In this document: piece after piece, positions 26,184 to 37,746 of the stretch
Layout of the letters: each line of letters starts with the position of its first letter
Position numbering within the stretch: position 1 is the first letter of the stretch
From: Schmidtea nova
Lineage: Eukaryota
Direction of reading: 5' to 3'
Assembly (NCBI GenBank): GCA_044892505.1
Contig: CM097882.1
Coordinates: forward strand, 574,182,001-574,246,000
DNA: 64,000 nt
The notes under the pieces: model-generated
Told to the model about the DNA's origin: nothing
Database searches by the model: none
What the model saw: the letters and a program-made list of their open reading frames with translations, nothing else
Program-made: the position numbers and the translations under genes

Positions 26184-29100
26184 CAGGCCTGGATTAACCA
26201 TTAGGCAAAAAAGGCACGTGCCTTGGGCACCACAAGTCCTCAAGAAATTTTTTTTGAACAAATTTAAGTCCAGAAACAACTGAAAATTGAACAAGGGCTA
26301 TAAAAATGAAGATATACATTATAATAAAAATTCACATTCTAGTTTGGTACAATCTTGAATGCTTAAAAATTAAGCGCATAAAAAAGTTTAAAAACTCCTG
26401 GTAAATGGTAATGTTAAAGTAGAAAATCTTTACTATAAACTTGTTATAATTATAAATAATGAATCATAAAATTTTGTTTTAATTTAAATGGTTTTATCAT
26501 TTATTCATTTTTATTTACATCTTTTCACATACTTTTTTCAAATTCAGACCCCAAAATGAAACGTGTTCAGTTAAGTGGTGCACAAAAGAGAAAACTAGCT
26601 AAAGAGAAACAGCACACTATTTCTGTTGTGAAAGCTTCGAGCAGAAAATTAACAAGTTATTTAGTTTTAGATAAGCAACAGGAAAAACAGGATTTTACTG
26701 ACACCATCGGCCCTCTTGAAGAGTCTACTATAGGCTGTTCTGCAAATCCAGACACTGCAATAGAGCTTGATAATGAAATTTGTTGGAAGTGTAACCCACT
26801 TCAGTCTGCTGAAGCTGAAGATGATGATAAAGATGCAGATGATAAAGATGCAGATGATAAAGATGAAAATAATAAAATTAATCAAGCAATAGATCCAGGA
26901 CTGTGGATTGACTTTTCCGCTGATGATGTGGCTTACTGGGTTGACTGTAGGCCCTCTAACTGTCAGCATCATTATAGTCCCTTTGATAAATCTTGCCGTA
27001 TTTATGCTGGAGGAAAAATAACAAGATATTGTTCCCAAAAACTTTTCTATTCTAAGAGAATGCTTATTGTATTCACCATCCACGGGATCTGTGTACTGCT
27101 TTGTTTGTAAACATTTTGCGCTTACAGGTTCCAAAAGTTTTGCTGATAAAAATGGGTTCAGTGACTGGAAAAATAACATTTATGTTGATAATAACGAACA
27201 AAGCGCTACTCATAAAGACTGCATGTTAATATACCTAACTCGTCGACAAGGCTCCGGTCTACTACAAAAGCTAGAAGAGCATATAAATGAAGAGTATAGT
27301 TACTGGGAACATGTTTTGAGGCGAGCAGTAGCGGTTATTTGCACTATAGCTGAGCGTGGTCTGGCTTTTAGAGGGACAAATGAAAAATTTGGATCTTTAC
27401 AAAATGGAAATTATTTAGAGTTGCTGGAGTTGGTCAGCCAGCTTGATCCATTTTTAGCATCACACATTGCGAAATATGGAAATTCTGGAAAAGGAAATCC
27501 TTCTTATTTATCCAAAACTATATGTGAAGAACTGATTGAAATTATGTCCAAAAAAGTCCGTGAAGTAATTGTAGATGAAGTAAAGGCTTCCGGTTATTTC
27601 AGCTTGTCAGTAGACTCAACACCCGATATTTCACATATAGATCAGTTAAGCGTTGTTCTTCGATATGTAGCAGATGGAGAGCCCATTGAACGCTTTTTGA
27701 CTTTCTTGGAGCTGCAAAATCACACCAGTGAAGATATGGCTAAGCAAGTGCTGCAGTACTTACGTGAAGTTTGCAATATTGATTTTTCGAAATGCAGAGG
27801 TGTATCCTACGATAATGCAACTATTATGTCCGGGTGCTAAAAGGGCATGCAAAAAAAAATTCTAGAGGAAAATGAGTTTGCTTTATACATACCCTGTGCT
27901 GCCCATTCACTAAATATTGTAGGCAGAAATGCCGTTGACTCCTGTTTAGAGGCAGTAAACTTCTTCTATATAGTGCAACTTATCTATACTTTTTTATCAG
28001 CTTCAACCAAAAGATGGAAGATTCTGAAAGGATGCTTTGTGAATGAAACGCTAGTAAAGTCTCTTTCCGATACCAGATGGGAAGCACATGCTGTTGCAAC
28101 TAAAGCTATCCTAAAGTCTCATTCTCAGATTTTAAAAGCATTAGAATGTATACATGAAGATCAGTCACAGAAAGGAGACACCAGAAGAGAAGCAGAAAAC
28201 ATTGCAAAGAAGATGCAAGAATTAGAATTTGCTTTCATGCTTGTTTTTTGGGAAGAGGTATTACAGCATTTTCACAGGGTTAGTCAAGCTCTACAAAATG
28301 AGCATGTGAACTTGAAAACGTGTGCTGATTTGTATTCTTCACTAGCAGATTACTTGCATAAATCTAGGAATGAATTTGAAAGATTTGAAGAAGCTGCTAA
28401 AATAATAACACCAGATGTAGATTATAAGTCAACTTTGACCCGTAATCGTAAACGAAAGACACTGGTCATTGATGGTATCTCTGAATGCCATAGACAAATT
28501 TCGTTTATCTGCATTCTTCGCCATTGTTGACAAACTTGAGACAGAAATGACTAAACGAGGACAAGTATATAATGATGTTGCAGTTCGATTTTCTTGTTTG
28601 GTCGATGTATCACTATCACAAACATCTCAGTGTTGTGAAGAACTAATAAATGCTTATCCTAAAGATCTGAGCAATAATTTTTATACTGCACTACAACAAT
28701 TTTATTCATATATTCGCCACAAGTTTCCTGCATCAAAATTGGAAACCAACATGTAAAATCATGGAGAATTATACAAAGTAATAGTTAGAGACAACATCGA
28801 GTGTGCCTTTCCAAATATTGAAATCGCTTTGCGCATATTTTTAACATTAATGGTTACTAACTGTTCAACTGAGCGCTCTTTTTCTCAGTTGAAACGTACA
28901 AAAAATCCAAATAGATCAACAATGAAACAAGAAAGGCTCGATTCCTTATCTCTGCTTATGATTGAGGCAGATATGTTTCGCAAAATTAACTTTGACGATA
29001 TACTAAAAAACTTTGCTAGATGTAAATCTAGAAAAAACAACTTTAAAATGTAAATGACAATATCTTTTTGATTTTTTCATCTAATAAAAAATAAAGTATT

Positions 29101-29341
29101 TTTGTCTATTATTATTTCAAAATATATTTAACTATTAATTTTAATACAGAAATACTTTATTGTATGTTATATATGAGTGATAGTAGTACAAACTACAAAT
29201 ATATTTGTTAACAACTGTTTTCTTTGCATAATATTGAACATACCAGCGGCCACGGTCAGTGCAAGATCAGGGGCCCCGGCCAGTAGGGGGCACCCATGTT
29301 GGTTTGTGCCTTGGGTACTAAAATGGCTTAATCCGGCCCTG
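26184..29341 (+). mobile_element. Complete but degenerate hAT (ZMYM1/TTF-finger-type) DNA transposon
   Basis: TIRs CAGGCCTGGATTAA / CAGGGCCGGATTAA; 8-bp TSD TATAAACA / TCTAAACA with 1 mismatch. Confidence 0.9.
26556..29053 (+). pseudogene. hAT transposase fragmented by frameshifts and stops
   Basis: VYCFVCKHF, ERGLAFRG, VDSTPDISH, SYDNA, PCAAHSLN, DTRWEA, TNCSTERSFSQLKR. Includes a 15-bp (DDKDA)n microrepeat at ~26818-26865. Confidence 0.88.
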
Positions 29342-29942
29342 TCTAAACATTTTTATTAAACGAAGAATTGCTTAAAACTTATTCTGAATGGTACAAAGTC
29401 TTTCTGCTGGATCACAATAAACAAATGTAAGCGATTAAATATTGCGAAATGCAAGCGTTAATCAAAGCGTAGTAACAAAATTGTAAGTTAGTTAGTTAAT
29501 AGAAAAAGTTTGAATCAACTGATTGAGTGTCCTTTATATACTGTTTTCGGCGCCCAATAAGCCAATCAGAATATTTGTTTATTCCCCATTGCTTAATTAA
29601 TTTCATTTGATATTCTATTAATATTTTTCTTTAATTTTTAATTATTCTTCTTGTTTTATATATTTTACAGCTATGATTAAAAAGATTTAATTTATTTCTT
29701 GATTCTTTTCACTTTTTCTGTGTATTTAAAATTTTCGGGGGATTTTCTGATTAAATTCTGTTTTATTTACTTTCATTGTTGTTCTTATTTTTTGTTTTAC
29801 TTTTAACTCATTTATTTTTATTTATTATCGTTTTATTTCTCTTCCTAATTAATTTCTATTTTATAATTTTTCAATTTCCTATCTGTTTTCGCAATTGTGC
29901 TAACCCAACAATTATAAAATATTTATTGTAGAATGATGAGGG

Positions 29943-32175
29943 TGTTGGGCCAGCCAAATCGAGCAGCATCTGAAAATAATATACAATCAATAAAATAAAG
30001 CTACAAAAAATAACAACAAAATAAATTACCAACATAAAAAGTAGCAAATGAGCGGCAACATCTAAAAGAAATAAAGTATTAATCAAAACAAAATAAATCT
30101 TCAAAACTCACTCATGCGAAGCAGATAAAATCTGAATATGACAGCGCGTGGGCGGATGTCACCAAAGACCTAAAACAAAATAGAATAAAAATTAAATCAC
30201 ACAAAAATAAACTTACCGCATGATTAAACAAATAAATCAGTGAGTTAAGTTAGGTAGCAAAAAGCCGACAACATGAAAAAATGAATCAAACATACACACA
30301 TACTCGATGCTGATTGGCTAACCAACAACACCGGTTGAGTATAAATACTGAAGTCAAATCAGTATTTGACAATGTCATTTTTACTGAAGGTAAATCAGTA
30401 CAACAGTCACTTTTACGGAAGACATTGTAAAACCGATTGGAAGCCAAATACAAGTATGGTTGAGTTTTATTGTTAATTATTTAAACCCTCATAATAATCA
30501 TAATCATGTTAAAATCAATAAGGTTTTCCGGAGGCCTAACAGCCTGACGGATTCTTGGGCCTCTCAGCGCAACACATTTTCATGTGAGGTGCTGATGCGG
30601 CGGGACCATAGGTGTACTAAATATTTGGTAAGCGGAGGGGATTAGATGCACATAGGGTATCGAGTAAGACCTAATGATCATGAACTAAATCAAAGTAGAG
30701 ACGGTCTAGTACAAACGCTATGCATCACGATAATAGGGTATCTAGAAAAGTAAAGATAATTGAGCACAAATGTCATGTGTCGTAGTAATACCGTAATGAA
30801 GGGTAGGTATATGTAACAAGGAACATCGGTGACGACGATAGTAGGGTCATGCAAGCCATAAGTAAAACGAGTTAAGAGGCGAATAATACCAGTGTCGGAG
30901 GTTAATAATAAATAACAATGGTTTTTTCAACACCAGCTTGCAACCCTCGAAAGGTACGAGAGGTAAGCACCCCTAACAAGAAACGATAGTGTGACCAGTC
31001 TCAAATCAGTCTGAGTAAGTGATTGCTCGTATTCCCCGGATAATATGATCATTGGTAGTTAATGATGATGTTTGAGAATAAACCTGATGAATGATTGCGA
31101 ATGATCACTAAAAACATAAACATAAAATTGATCGTAAATAGTGACGTCCAAACATAAGAAACGGTTGAATGAATACGGTTGATGAAACCAAAATTTAATA
31201 TCACAAACGACTAAGTAAATTATGCGTGGCCAATCAGCTGGAGCAAACCGGTAGAGTAAATGCATTCACCAACAAAATGGTAAAACACGACCTACATTGT
31301 ATCACAAACATCTGTCCGGTACAACACTGAACTACCTACTGAGACCTATAGAAAATTAGACACTAAGTCGAGTGGGTCGACTGAAATATATAACGATGCT
31401 CACTGATAAGGACTGTCAATTGATCCAGTCATACTATTCAGAACGATATGATGAAAATTGAAAGAGACCTAATGAACCCGGTAGTTCCCCCAACCGTCAA
31501 GGCGGAAGAGTATATCTTTCGGAGAAAACGGCGCATCCGCTCCGTCATCAGACCCAAAGCGCATTTTGAAATTCAAGGAGAAAGAGAGGCTCCACGCCGG
31601 ATTCTCGAGTTAGCACGCCGTCATCTGCGCCGATGGATGAGGACCTACATGAGTGCAGCCGCCGATATTCCAGCCTGCGCCTTCAAAATACAATTGAGGT
31701 GGGAAGGCGACACCGATTGGGTGTATTCCTCGGATCCTGCCGAGCCAAGAACCGACCGATGGTTCTACCAATTCCTCGATGAACAGAATCGACCCCGTTG
31801 GTTACTGAGTACTGGAATGATGTCGGGAAGGGCTCTACATCAATTAGGATACGTGCTGCTAGACAGGCCTCGGTGTCGCTACACTGAGGAAGTCTTCGTC
31901 TACTCGAACGCTCCAGGAAGCGTCTCCACGGAACCCTATCTGGAGCCCAAGGATCTTCGTCTCTGGGAGGTGTTTATCTACCGCGATAAACTGAGTTGGA
32001 ACCCGGCCCCAGAGATGTATTTGGAAAACGGAATTCGCCGCGACGAGAATCCTGCCGATCAGGAATTGCGAGCATTCAGTTGATCGACACAGCCCGAGAA
32101 AGAATGTTTGTTGTAAATATAAAAATAAATGTATTTGTGTGAGAATGGTCTTGTTTTGGTTTCGAGCGTATGAGA
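29943..32175 (+). mobile_element. Divergent, partial sister copy of the giant element's LTR, in the opposite orientation
   Basis: Begins TGTTGGGCCAGCCAAATCGAGCAGCATCTG, identical to the reverse complement of the sequence ending at 38147. The first ~450 bp are highly similar, and similarity fades after the ORF-A paralogue's AATAAA. Confidence 0.85.
31448..32083 (+). CDS. LTR-encoded ORF-A paralogue, 211 aa, unknown function
   Basis: Gapless alignment to 35980-36615 gives about 140/211 (66%) identity by manual count. Confidence 0.8.
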   Translation: MMKIERDLMNPVVPPTVKAEEYIFRRKRRIRSVIRPKAHFEIQGEREAPRRILELARRHLRRWMRTYMSAAADIPACAFKIQLRWEGDTDWVYSSDPAEPRTDRWFYQFLDEQNRPRWLLSTGMMSGRALHQLGYVLLDRPRCRYTEEVFVYSNAPGSVSTEPYLEPKDLRLWEVFIYRDKLSWNPAPEMYLENGIRRDENPADQELRAFS

Positions 32176-34084
32176 ACATCATGATGATGAGGTATAGTTG
32201 TGTTGGGCAAAAACCACAATTTGTTTTAAACAAACGATAACCCCATAGGTAGAGAGCGCGCAAGATTCAGTTTTAACCCAAATATCCTATAAAAATCGAA
32301 ACGATTAAGTGAAAAACAACAAAAAGGAAGTGGACTCAAAACACATCAACCAGTAGAGAACGCGCTAGCTGTGACTCTGAAAGCCCTTACATTGAAACCT
32401 AGAGAAAAATCAAATGCCATCAAAAGAAGAACGTTTAAAAGTTAGAATAGGCGGAAAACCCATTGAAAATACCTATAAAAAACGAAATTGTGTTATAAAA
32501 CCTTCATGCAGAAAAATTTAACAAAGATTTTAGCCGAAAATCGTGATTTTATCAAAATATTTCACATTAACCATAAAAAGAATTAATATTAATCGAAATA
32601 TCGTAAATTAAATCAAATCGAACAAACTTCTATTCAAAAACAAAAATTTGGAATTAAAATAAATTATTTGTGTTTTATAAAAAATTATTACACAAAAATA
32701 TGGATTTAATTTTCGGAAAATCATTAGAATTAATTTAGAAAAATTAAATGGAAAATTCTAGAACAATTTGTTTTATTACACTGGTGAAGGTGACGAAAAT
32801 CGACGGTATATATACCGCCATCAAAATGGCAAGAATCAGAATTTGTTGAGTTTTTGTGAAAAATTTTCGGTCTAAAAATTTTACAAAATTATTGTTTATT
32901 AAACTTTATTAATTTTTGAGAAGAAACCACACGAAGCGTAAGGTTTATTTTTTTTATTATTATCATCTTAATTTTGTATACGCGTTATCGGCATGGGATG
33001 CCCAAGAGTCATGCCCTTTGGACCTCCCATGTCGGCACAGTTCTTATTTATTTTTATGTCATTTAATTCATTTATTGTATTCTTTTATCACTGATAATAT
33101 AGGATTATATCAAAAAAATTTGTTTTTATTTTATTTATTATTATCATTATTATTTTATACTTCACAAATTCCCATAATAAACAAAAAAAAATTTTTAGTA
33201 ACTCAAACTATTAAATAAATAAATAAATTTTTTTTTATTTACTTCCTTACCCCCTGAAGCCTGTGTCTGGCCTTGCGCCGATCGGGTGGAAGTAGCCTGA
33301 GCGGATCGCTGGTTCGATACGTAAATTGATCAGTCCATTCGTCCGAGTTCAGGTGATTAGCCTAACCATCCATGCTCACTTCATCCCAACTGGGGAACAG
33401 TGGCTTGGCCCAAGGCAAGGTGTTATATTAATGATATTTATTTATAATAAATGTAGCTTATCCGAATTTATAAATTTTAATATATTGAAAAGTAATACCA
33501 CATGAAAACGTAAAGACAAATCTCTCCAACAATGTCTTTTCCATTAGGAAAATTAATTATGCAAAAACATTTTACTCGTCCTTCGCCTTCACCTTCACAA
33601 TAATTTTCTTCTCATCCAAGATCCAGAATATTAAAAACCGATATAAAAAAGTAAATCGTTCGAATTAATGCTCAAATCCGATGGAATAATAATGAAACCG
33701 AAATTAACTTTATTCGATGTCGAAAAAATTTCGTTGAAAAATTTATAACTTATTTTTATTTAGCATATAAAATTTTTTAGATTAAATGCTTATTTAGATT
33801 TCGGAAAATACGGATGAAAAATTTACTATTATGTGAATTTCGTTCCGATCAAAAAATGAAAATTTACTTTTTATTATATTGGAAAAATTTTTATAATGAA
33901 AAATTGTGAACCAAAAATTCTCCGAATATTGTTATGATATAAAAGATTTTGTTATTTTATAAAATTCCTAAGAATTTATAAATCAAAATTTATCTTTGAA
34001 ACCCATAAAAATTTTTTAAAATCAAAAATATTATTATTATAATGAAAATTTTATCATTTCAGAAAATCCAAAATTTCAAAATTT

Positions 34085-34561
34085 TATAGGAAAAATTTTT
34101 ACTATGTATATATATATACTTAAAATATAAAAATTCGAATATAAAAATTCATATTATAAAAATTAGAAATGGTATTATTATATTATTAAAATTATAAAAA
34201 GCATTATAAAAATTTATAATATAAAATTGGGAATTCTATTAGTATATCATTTTCATAAAATTATAAATTTAAAACTTATAAAAAGTATTGTAAAAATTTA
34301 TATTATAAAAATTAGAAATTATATTACTTTCATAAAATTATAAATTAAAAAATTTATAAAAGTATTATAAAAGTGTATATTATGAAAATTATCAATTTTA
34401 TTATCATATTCATAAAATTATAAATTATTGTAAAAATGTGTATTATAAAAATTAGAAGTTTTATTATCATATTTTTATAAAATTATTTATGAAAAGTATT
34501 ATAAAAACTTATAATTTAAAAATTGGAAATTTTATTATTGTATTATTTTCGTAAAATTATA
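34085..34561. repeat. AT-rich degenerate satellite next to an assembly gap
   Basis: Repeated TATTATAAAA(A)TTAGAA / CATAAAATTATAAAT units running into the N run. Confidence 0.75.
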
Positions 34562-34693
34562 NNNNNNNNNNNNNNNNNNNNNNNNNNNNNNNNNNNNNNN
34601 NNNNNNNNNNNNNNNNNNNNNNNNNNNNNNNNNNNNNNNNNNNNNNNNNNNNNNNNNNNNNNNNNNNNNNNNNNNNNNNNNNNNNNNNNNNNN
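34562..34693. other. Assembly gap (132 N)
   Basis: Run of N. Confidence 1.
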
Positions 34694-35224
34694 TATCTCA
34701 AAAATCATATTGCATCCCTATTTGCAAAAAATTACATCCATTTCATTCAATAACATTTCCCATACTAATACACAAGCAACATATATTTAAAATACAATAT
34801 ACACACATACACAGTATCATTTATTAGCATTCAATAGTTATGCTGGTGTGTTGGTTAGATTGACAACTGAGATCATTAGGATTTTATCTGTTAGGGTGAT
34901 CTCGCCAACATAAAAACATTTCCCCCGCTGACACCCATGATGTATCCCTAACTACTCATCATGTTGGTGCTGTGTCAACGTTGTGAAATGACAAGGCAGG
35001 TGAGCAACCTTTCGGCTACTATTCCCTTGTTTATTCACGGGTCCACCACTACCGATAGAAGGTGTTTGTGGCTTTCTTTCGGTCCCACTTATGCTCTTTA
35101 CTTTGCTCTAGGGTAAGTTAATTTCAGCGCATCTGCAGTTTAAATGAATCCGGGTTTTATCTACCTTCAATTTTCAGACATTCCACAAACAAACAAGACA
35201 AGTCAAATCATTCATTTTATACAT

Positions 35225-35788
35225 TTATTTATAGTTTAATAATACCGAGGGTCGGATTACATTTAGTAGTTCTTGCTCGGATAGACCACTGAGCAAGTCT
35301 ACCTCTATCCCTACGCGATCCGCATATGCGCGTCTCTCCCTACGCTTTTTCGCTCCCAAGCGATTCCGTCTCTTTGTTCGTTTCGAGCCTTCCAGAATTA
35401 TTGGGGACGTTGGGGTAGTTGTGATTGGGATGGTTTCTATTTCCGTTTGGGTACTTGTTGTCATCGATATGGTGTCCACCCACCGATTAAAGGTGCTAGC
35501 CCTGATCACTGGGCGTAATTGCTCGGTGATAAACTCCTGGGTTGATGCCCTCAAGTAATTCGACAGCTCCATCTTTAGTGCTGCTACCTCCCTAGCTTGC
35601 TCGTCGATTGTTCGTTCCGCCCTGTATCTGGCTTGCAGGATGGTTTTAACCCTCTCTGGGTTGAACCACGTGGCTTTAATTCGCTGGTGCTCGTCGTTTA
35701 GCTGCCGCAAGCGGTTTTCTAGGACTCGCGATCGTGCTTTATGCTCTTTTGCCTCTTGTTTGTAGTTCCTAGTTGGATGTTCACTCAT
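35225..35788 (-). CDS. LTR ORF-B (187 aa from ATG MSEHP): coiled coil plus Arg/Lys-rich C-terminal motif
   Basis: Intact in both LTR copies; YAG acceptor 2 nt before the ATG; AATAAA overlaps the stop. The ORF track's start at 35860 is a TTG. Confidence 0.7.
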   Translation of the reverse strand: MSEHPTRNYKQEAKEHKARSRVLENRLRQLNDEHQRIKATWFNPERVKTILQARYRAERTIDEQAREVAALKMELSNYLRASTQEFITEQLRPVIRASTFNRWVDTISMTTSTQTEIETIPITTTPTSPIILEGSKRTKRRNRLGAKKRRERRAYADRVGIEVDLLSGLSEQELLNVIRPSVLLNYK

Positions 35789-35979
35789 CTCTGTAAAATG
35801 TATCATTAATCGGGTTATGTATGGTTTGTCTGTTCTCTCAGTCACTATCTTTATTATCAAACAGGTGTTTCACTCTCAGATCGCCTCATACATTCAAAGA
35901 CATAACAAAACCCAAAAATTAATACATTTATTTTTAATACACATCAAATATTCCTTCGATGGATCGGTTTCCTTGCGAT

Positions 35980-36615
35980 TTAAATGAAGGGTCGTAATTC
36001 CTGATCGGCCGTGTTCTCGTTACGACGGATTCCGCTTTCATAGTATAACTCCGGGGCGGGGCTCCAACTTAACTTGTCCCGAAAGATGAATACCTCCCAG
36101 AGGCGTAGATCCTTGGGCTCGGGATGTTGATCTAGTGATACGCTTCCTGGCGCGTTTGAGTAGGCGAAGACTTCCCCAGTGTCGCCACACCGAGGCCTGT
36201 CTAGCAGTATGTATCCGAGTTGATGTAGCTCTTTTCCGGACGTCATTCCGGTACTTAGTAACCAGCGGGGTTGCTTTAACTCATCGAGGAATTGATAAAA
36301 CCATCGGGTATTTTCCGGCTTGATACGACCCGAGGAGGGTACCCAATCGGTATCTCCTTCCCACCGCAACTGTAGTCCAAACGCGCAAGCTGGGGTGCTA
36401 GCTGCTGAGCTCATATGGGCCCTCATCCATCGTCGTAGGTGGCGACGTGACACTTCGACAACTTTTCGGGGTGCTTCGTTCTCTCCTCTGATATTTGGGT
36501 TCGTATTTGGTCTGAGGACGGAGCGGGTGCGCCGTTTCTTACGGAGGATGGTATTCTCTATCTTTATAGGGTACGCGACCATCGGCTTCTCTTGATAACT
36601 CTCCAGTTTCACCAT
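35980..36615 (-). CDS. LTR ORF-A, 211 aa, unknown function, basic N-terminal motif RKKRRTRS
   Basis: Intact in both LTRs and conserved in the sister LTR. TATAAATA at 36673-36680, acceptor TTCTTTAG 7 nt before the ATG, AATAAA at 35927-35932. Confidence 0.8.
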   Translation of the reverse strand: MVKLESYQEKPMVAYPIKIENTILRKKRRTRSVLRPNTNPNIRGENEAPRKVVEVSRRHLRRWMRAHMSSAASTPACAFGLQLRWEGDTDWVPSSGRIKPENTRWFYQFLDELKQPRWLLSTGMTSGKELHQLGYILLDRPRCGDTGEVFAYSNAPGSVSLDQHPEPKDLRLWEVFIFRDKLSWSPAPELYYESGIRRNENTADQELRPFI

Positions 36616-37738
36616 GGTATTTCTAAAGAAGATGGTTGTTTTTAATCTACGGATTCTACGGCAGAACGGACCTATTTATATTAGTCAACCCACCCGTCTT
36701 AATTATGAAATTTTGTAGGTCCGAGGGGTACCTTCTGTGGTTTTGCCGGATCATTGTTGGTGGCTGGACGTGGGTCGTGTTAGATGATAGCTTGAACTAA
36801 TGTACTCCGCTTTTTATTTCGACGATTCAGCTACGCACGATTTGTTACAGTTGTTAATCATATCGCTATTATACTTAATATTCATCAATCAGGTTCAATC
36901 ACTCAACTACAACCGGTTTTATTTATTGGTAATACTATTTATCACATTCAATCTCATCAGTCGTTTTCGATTACTTCCTCATTTAACTAGTAATGATCAT
37001 GCCATGTCGGGTAATCCCCGTAAGTTCCTGGGGTCCTTACTCCCTGGGGTTCATCATTTTATCGGTTCTCAATGCCTGTAGTTTATTTATCATCTCTCCT
37101 GGCGACTAAACACAGCTGACAGAGGTTATCGATTATCCTTAACCCTTGATACTAGGTTCACTATGCTCGAACTCGTACGCGCTAATGTTGACATATACCT
37201 ACCCTCGTCGTCACCTAATTCATCTGCACTAATATTATTCACTGCACGTATATCCCTCGTCTAGACTTCGCCACGATATATATCCTTCCCATAAAACGGG
37301 CTTCACTTTGCGCTCGTTTACGACTACTAGTTTATACTCGATACCCTATCATTGTGATGCCAAACGTTTATATTAGATCATCTCTACCTTGATTTCGTTC
37401 ACGATCATTAGGTCTTACTCGATACCCTATGTGCATTCAACCCCTTCCGCTTTCCAAATATTTAATACACCTATGGTCCCGCCGCATCAGCACCTCACAA
37501 CCGAAAGGTTGTGTTGCGCTGAGAGGCCCCAAGAATCCGTCAGGCTGTTAGGCCTCCGGAAAACCTTATGGATTTTAATATGATTAACAATTATAATTAT
37601 GAGGGTTTAAAGCAACAATCGAACACACAACAATTACCTTTTATTTTTTCTCCAAGTTGGTTTTACAATGTTCTCAGTGCTCAACTGCAAGTCACACTTG
37701 GTAAAAAATGGCATTGTCAAATACTGATTTGACTTCAG

Positions 37739-37746
37739 TATTTATA
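37739..37746 (-). promoter_or_regulatory. Candidate LTR TATA box (TATAAATA); copy in the 5' LTR at 63893-63900
   Basis: Identical in the sister LTR (~30339-30346). A CCAAT in reverse orientation lies ~25 nt upstream, and a candidate donor AAAG|GTAATT follows at 37637 (63791). Confidence 0.55.

Noticed and set aside
33276-33287. GCCGATCGGGTG match to 7SL (SRP) RNA
   Set aside because: Only 12 nt match; the Alu-domain and GNRA-helix motifs are missing or out of order.
34523-34753. 76-aa ORF spanning the N run
   Set aside because: Artefact of the assembly gap.
35789-35860. N-terminal extension of ORF-B from a TTG start
   Set aside because: Non-ATG start; an acceptor followed by ATG at 35788 fits the pattern of all the other accessory ORFs better.
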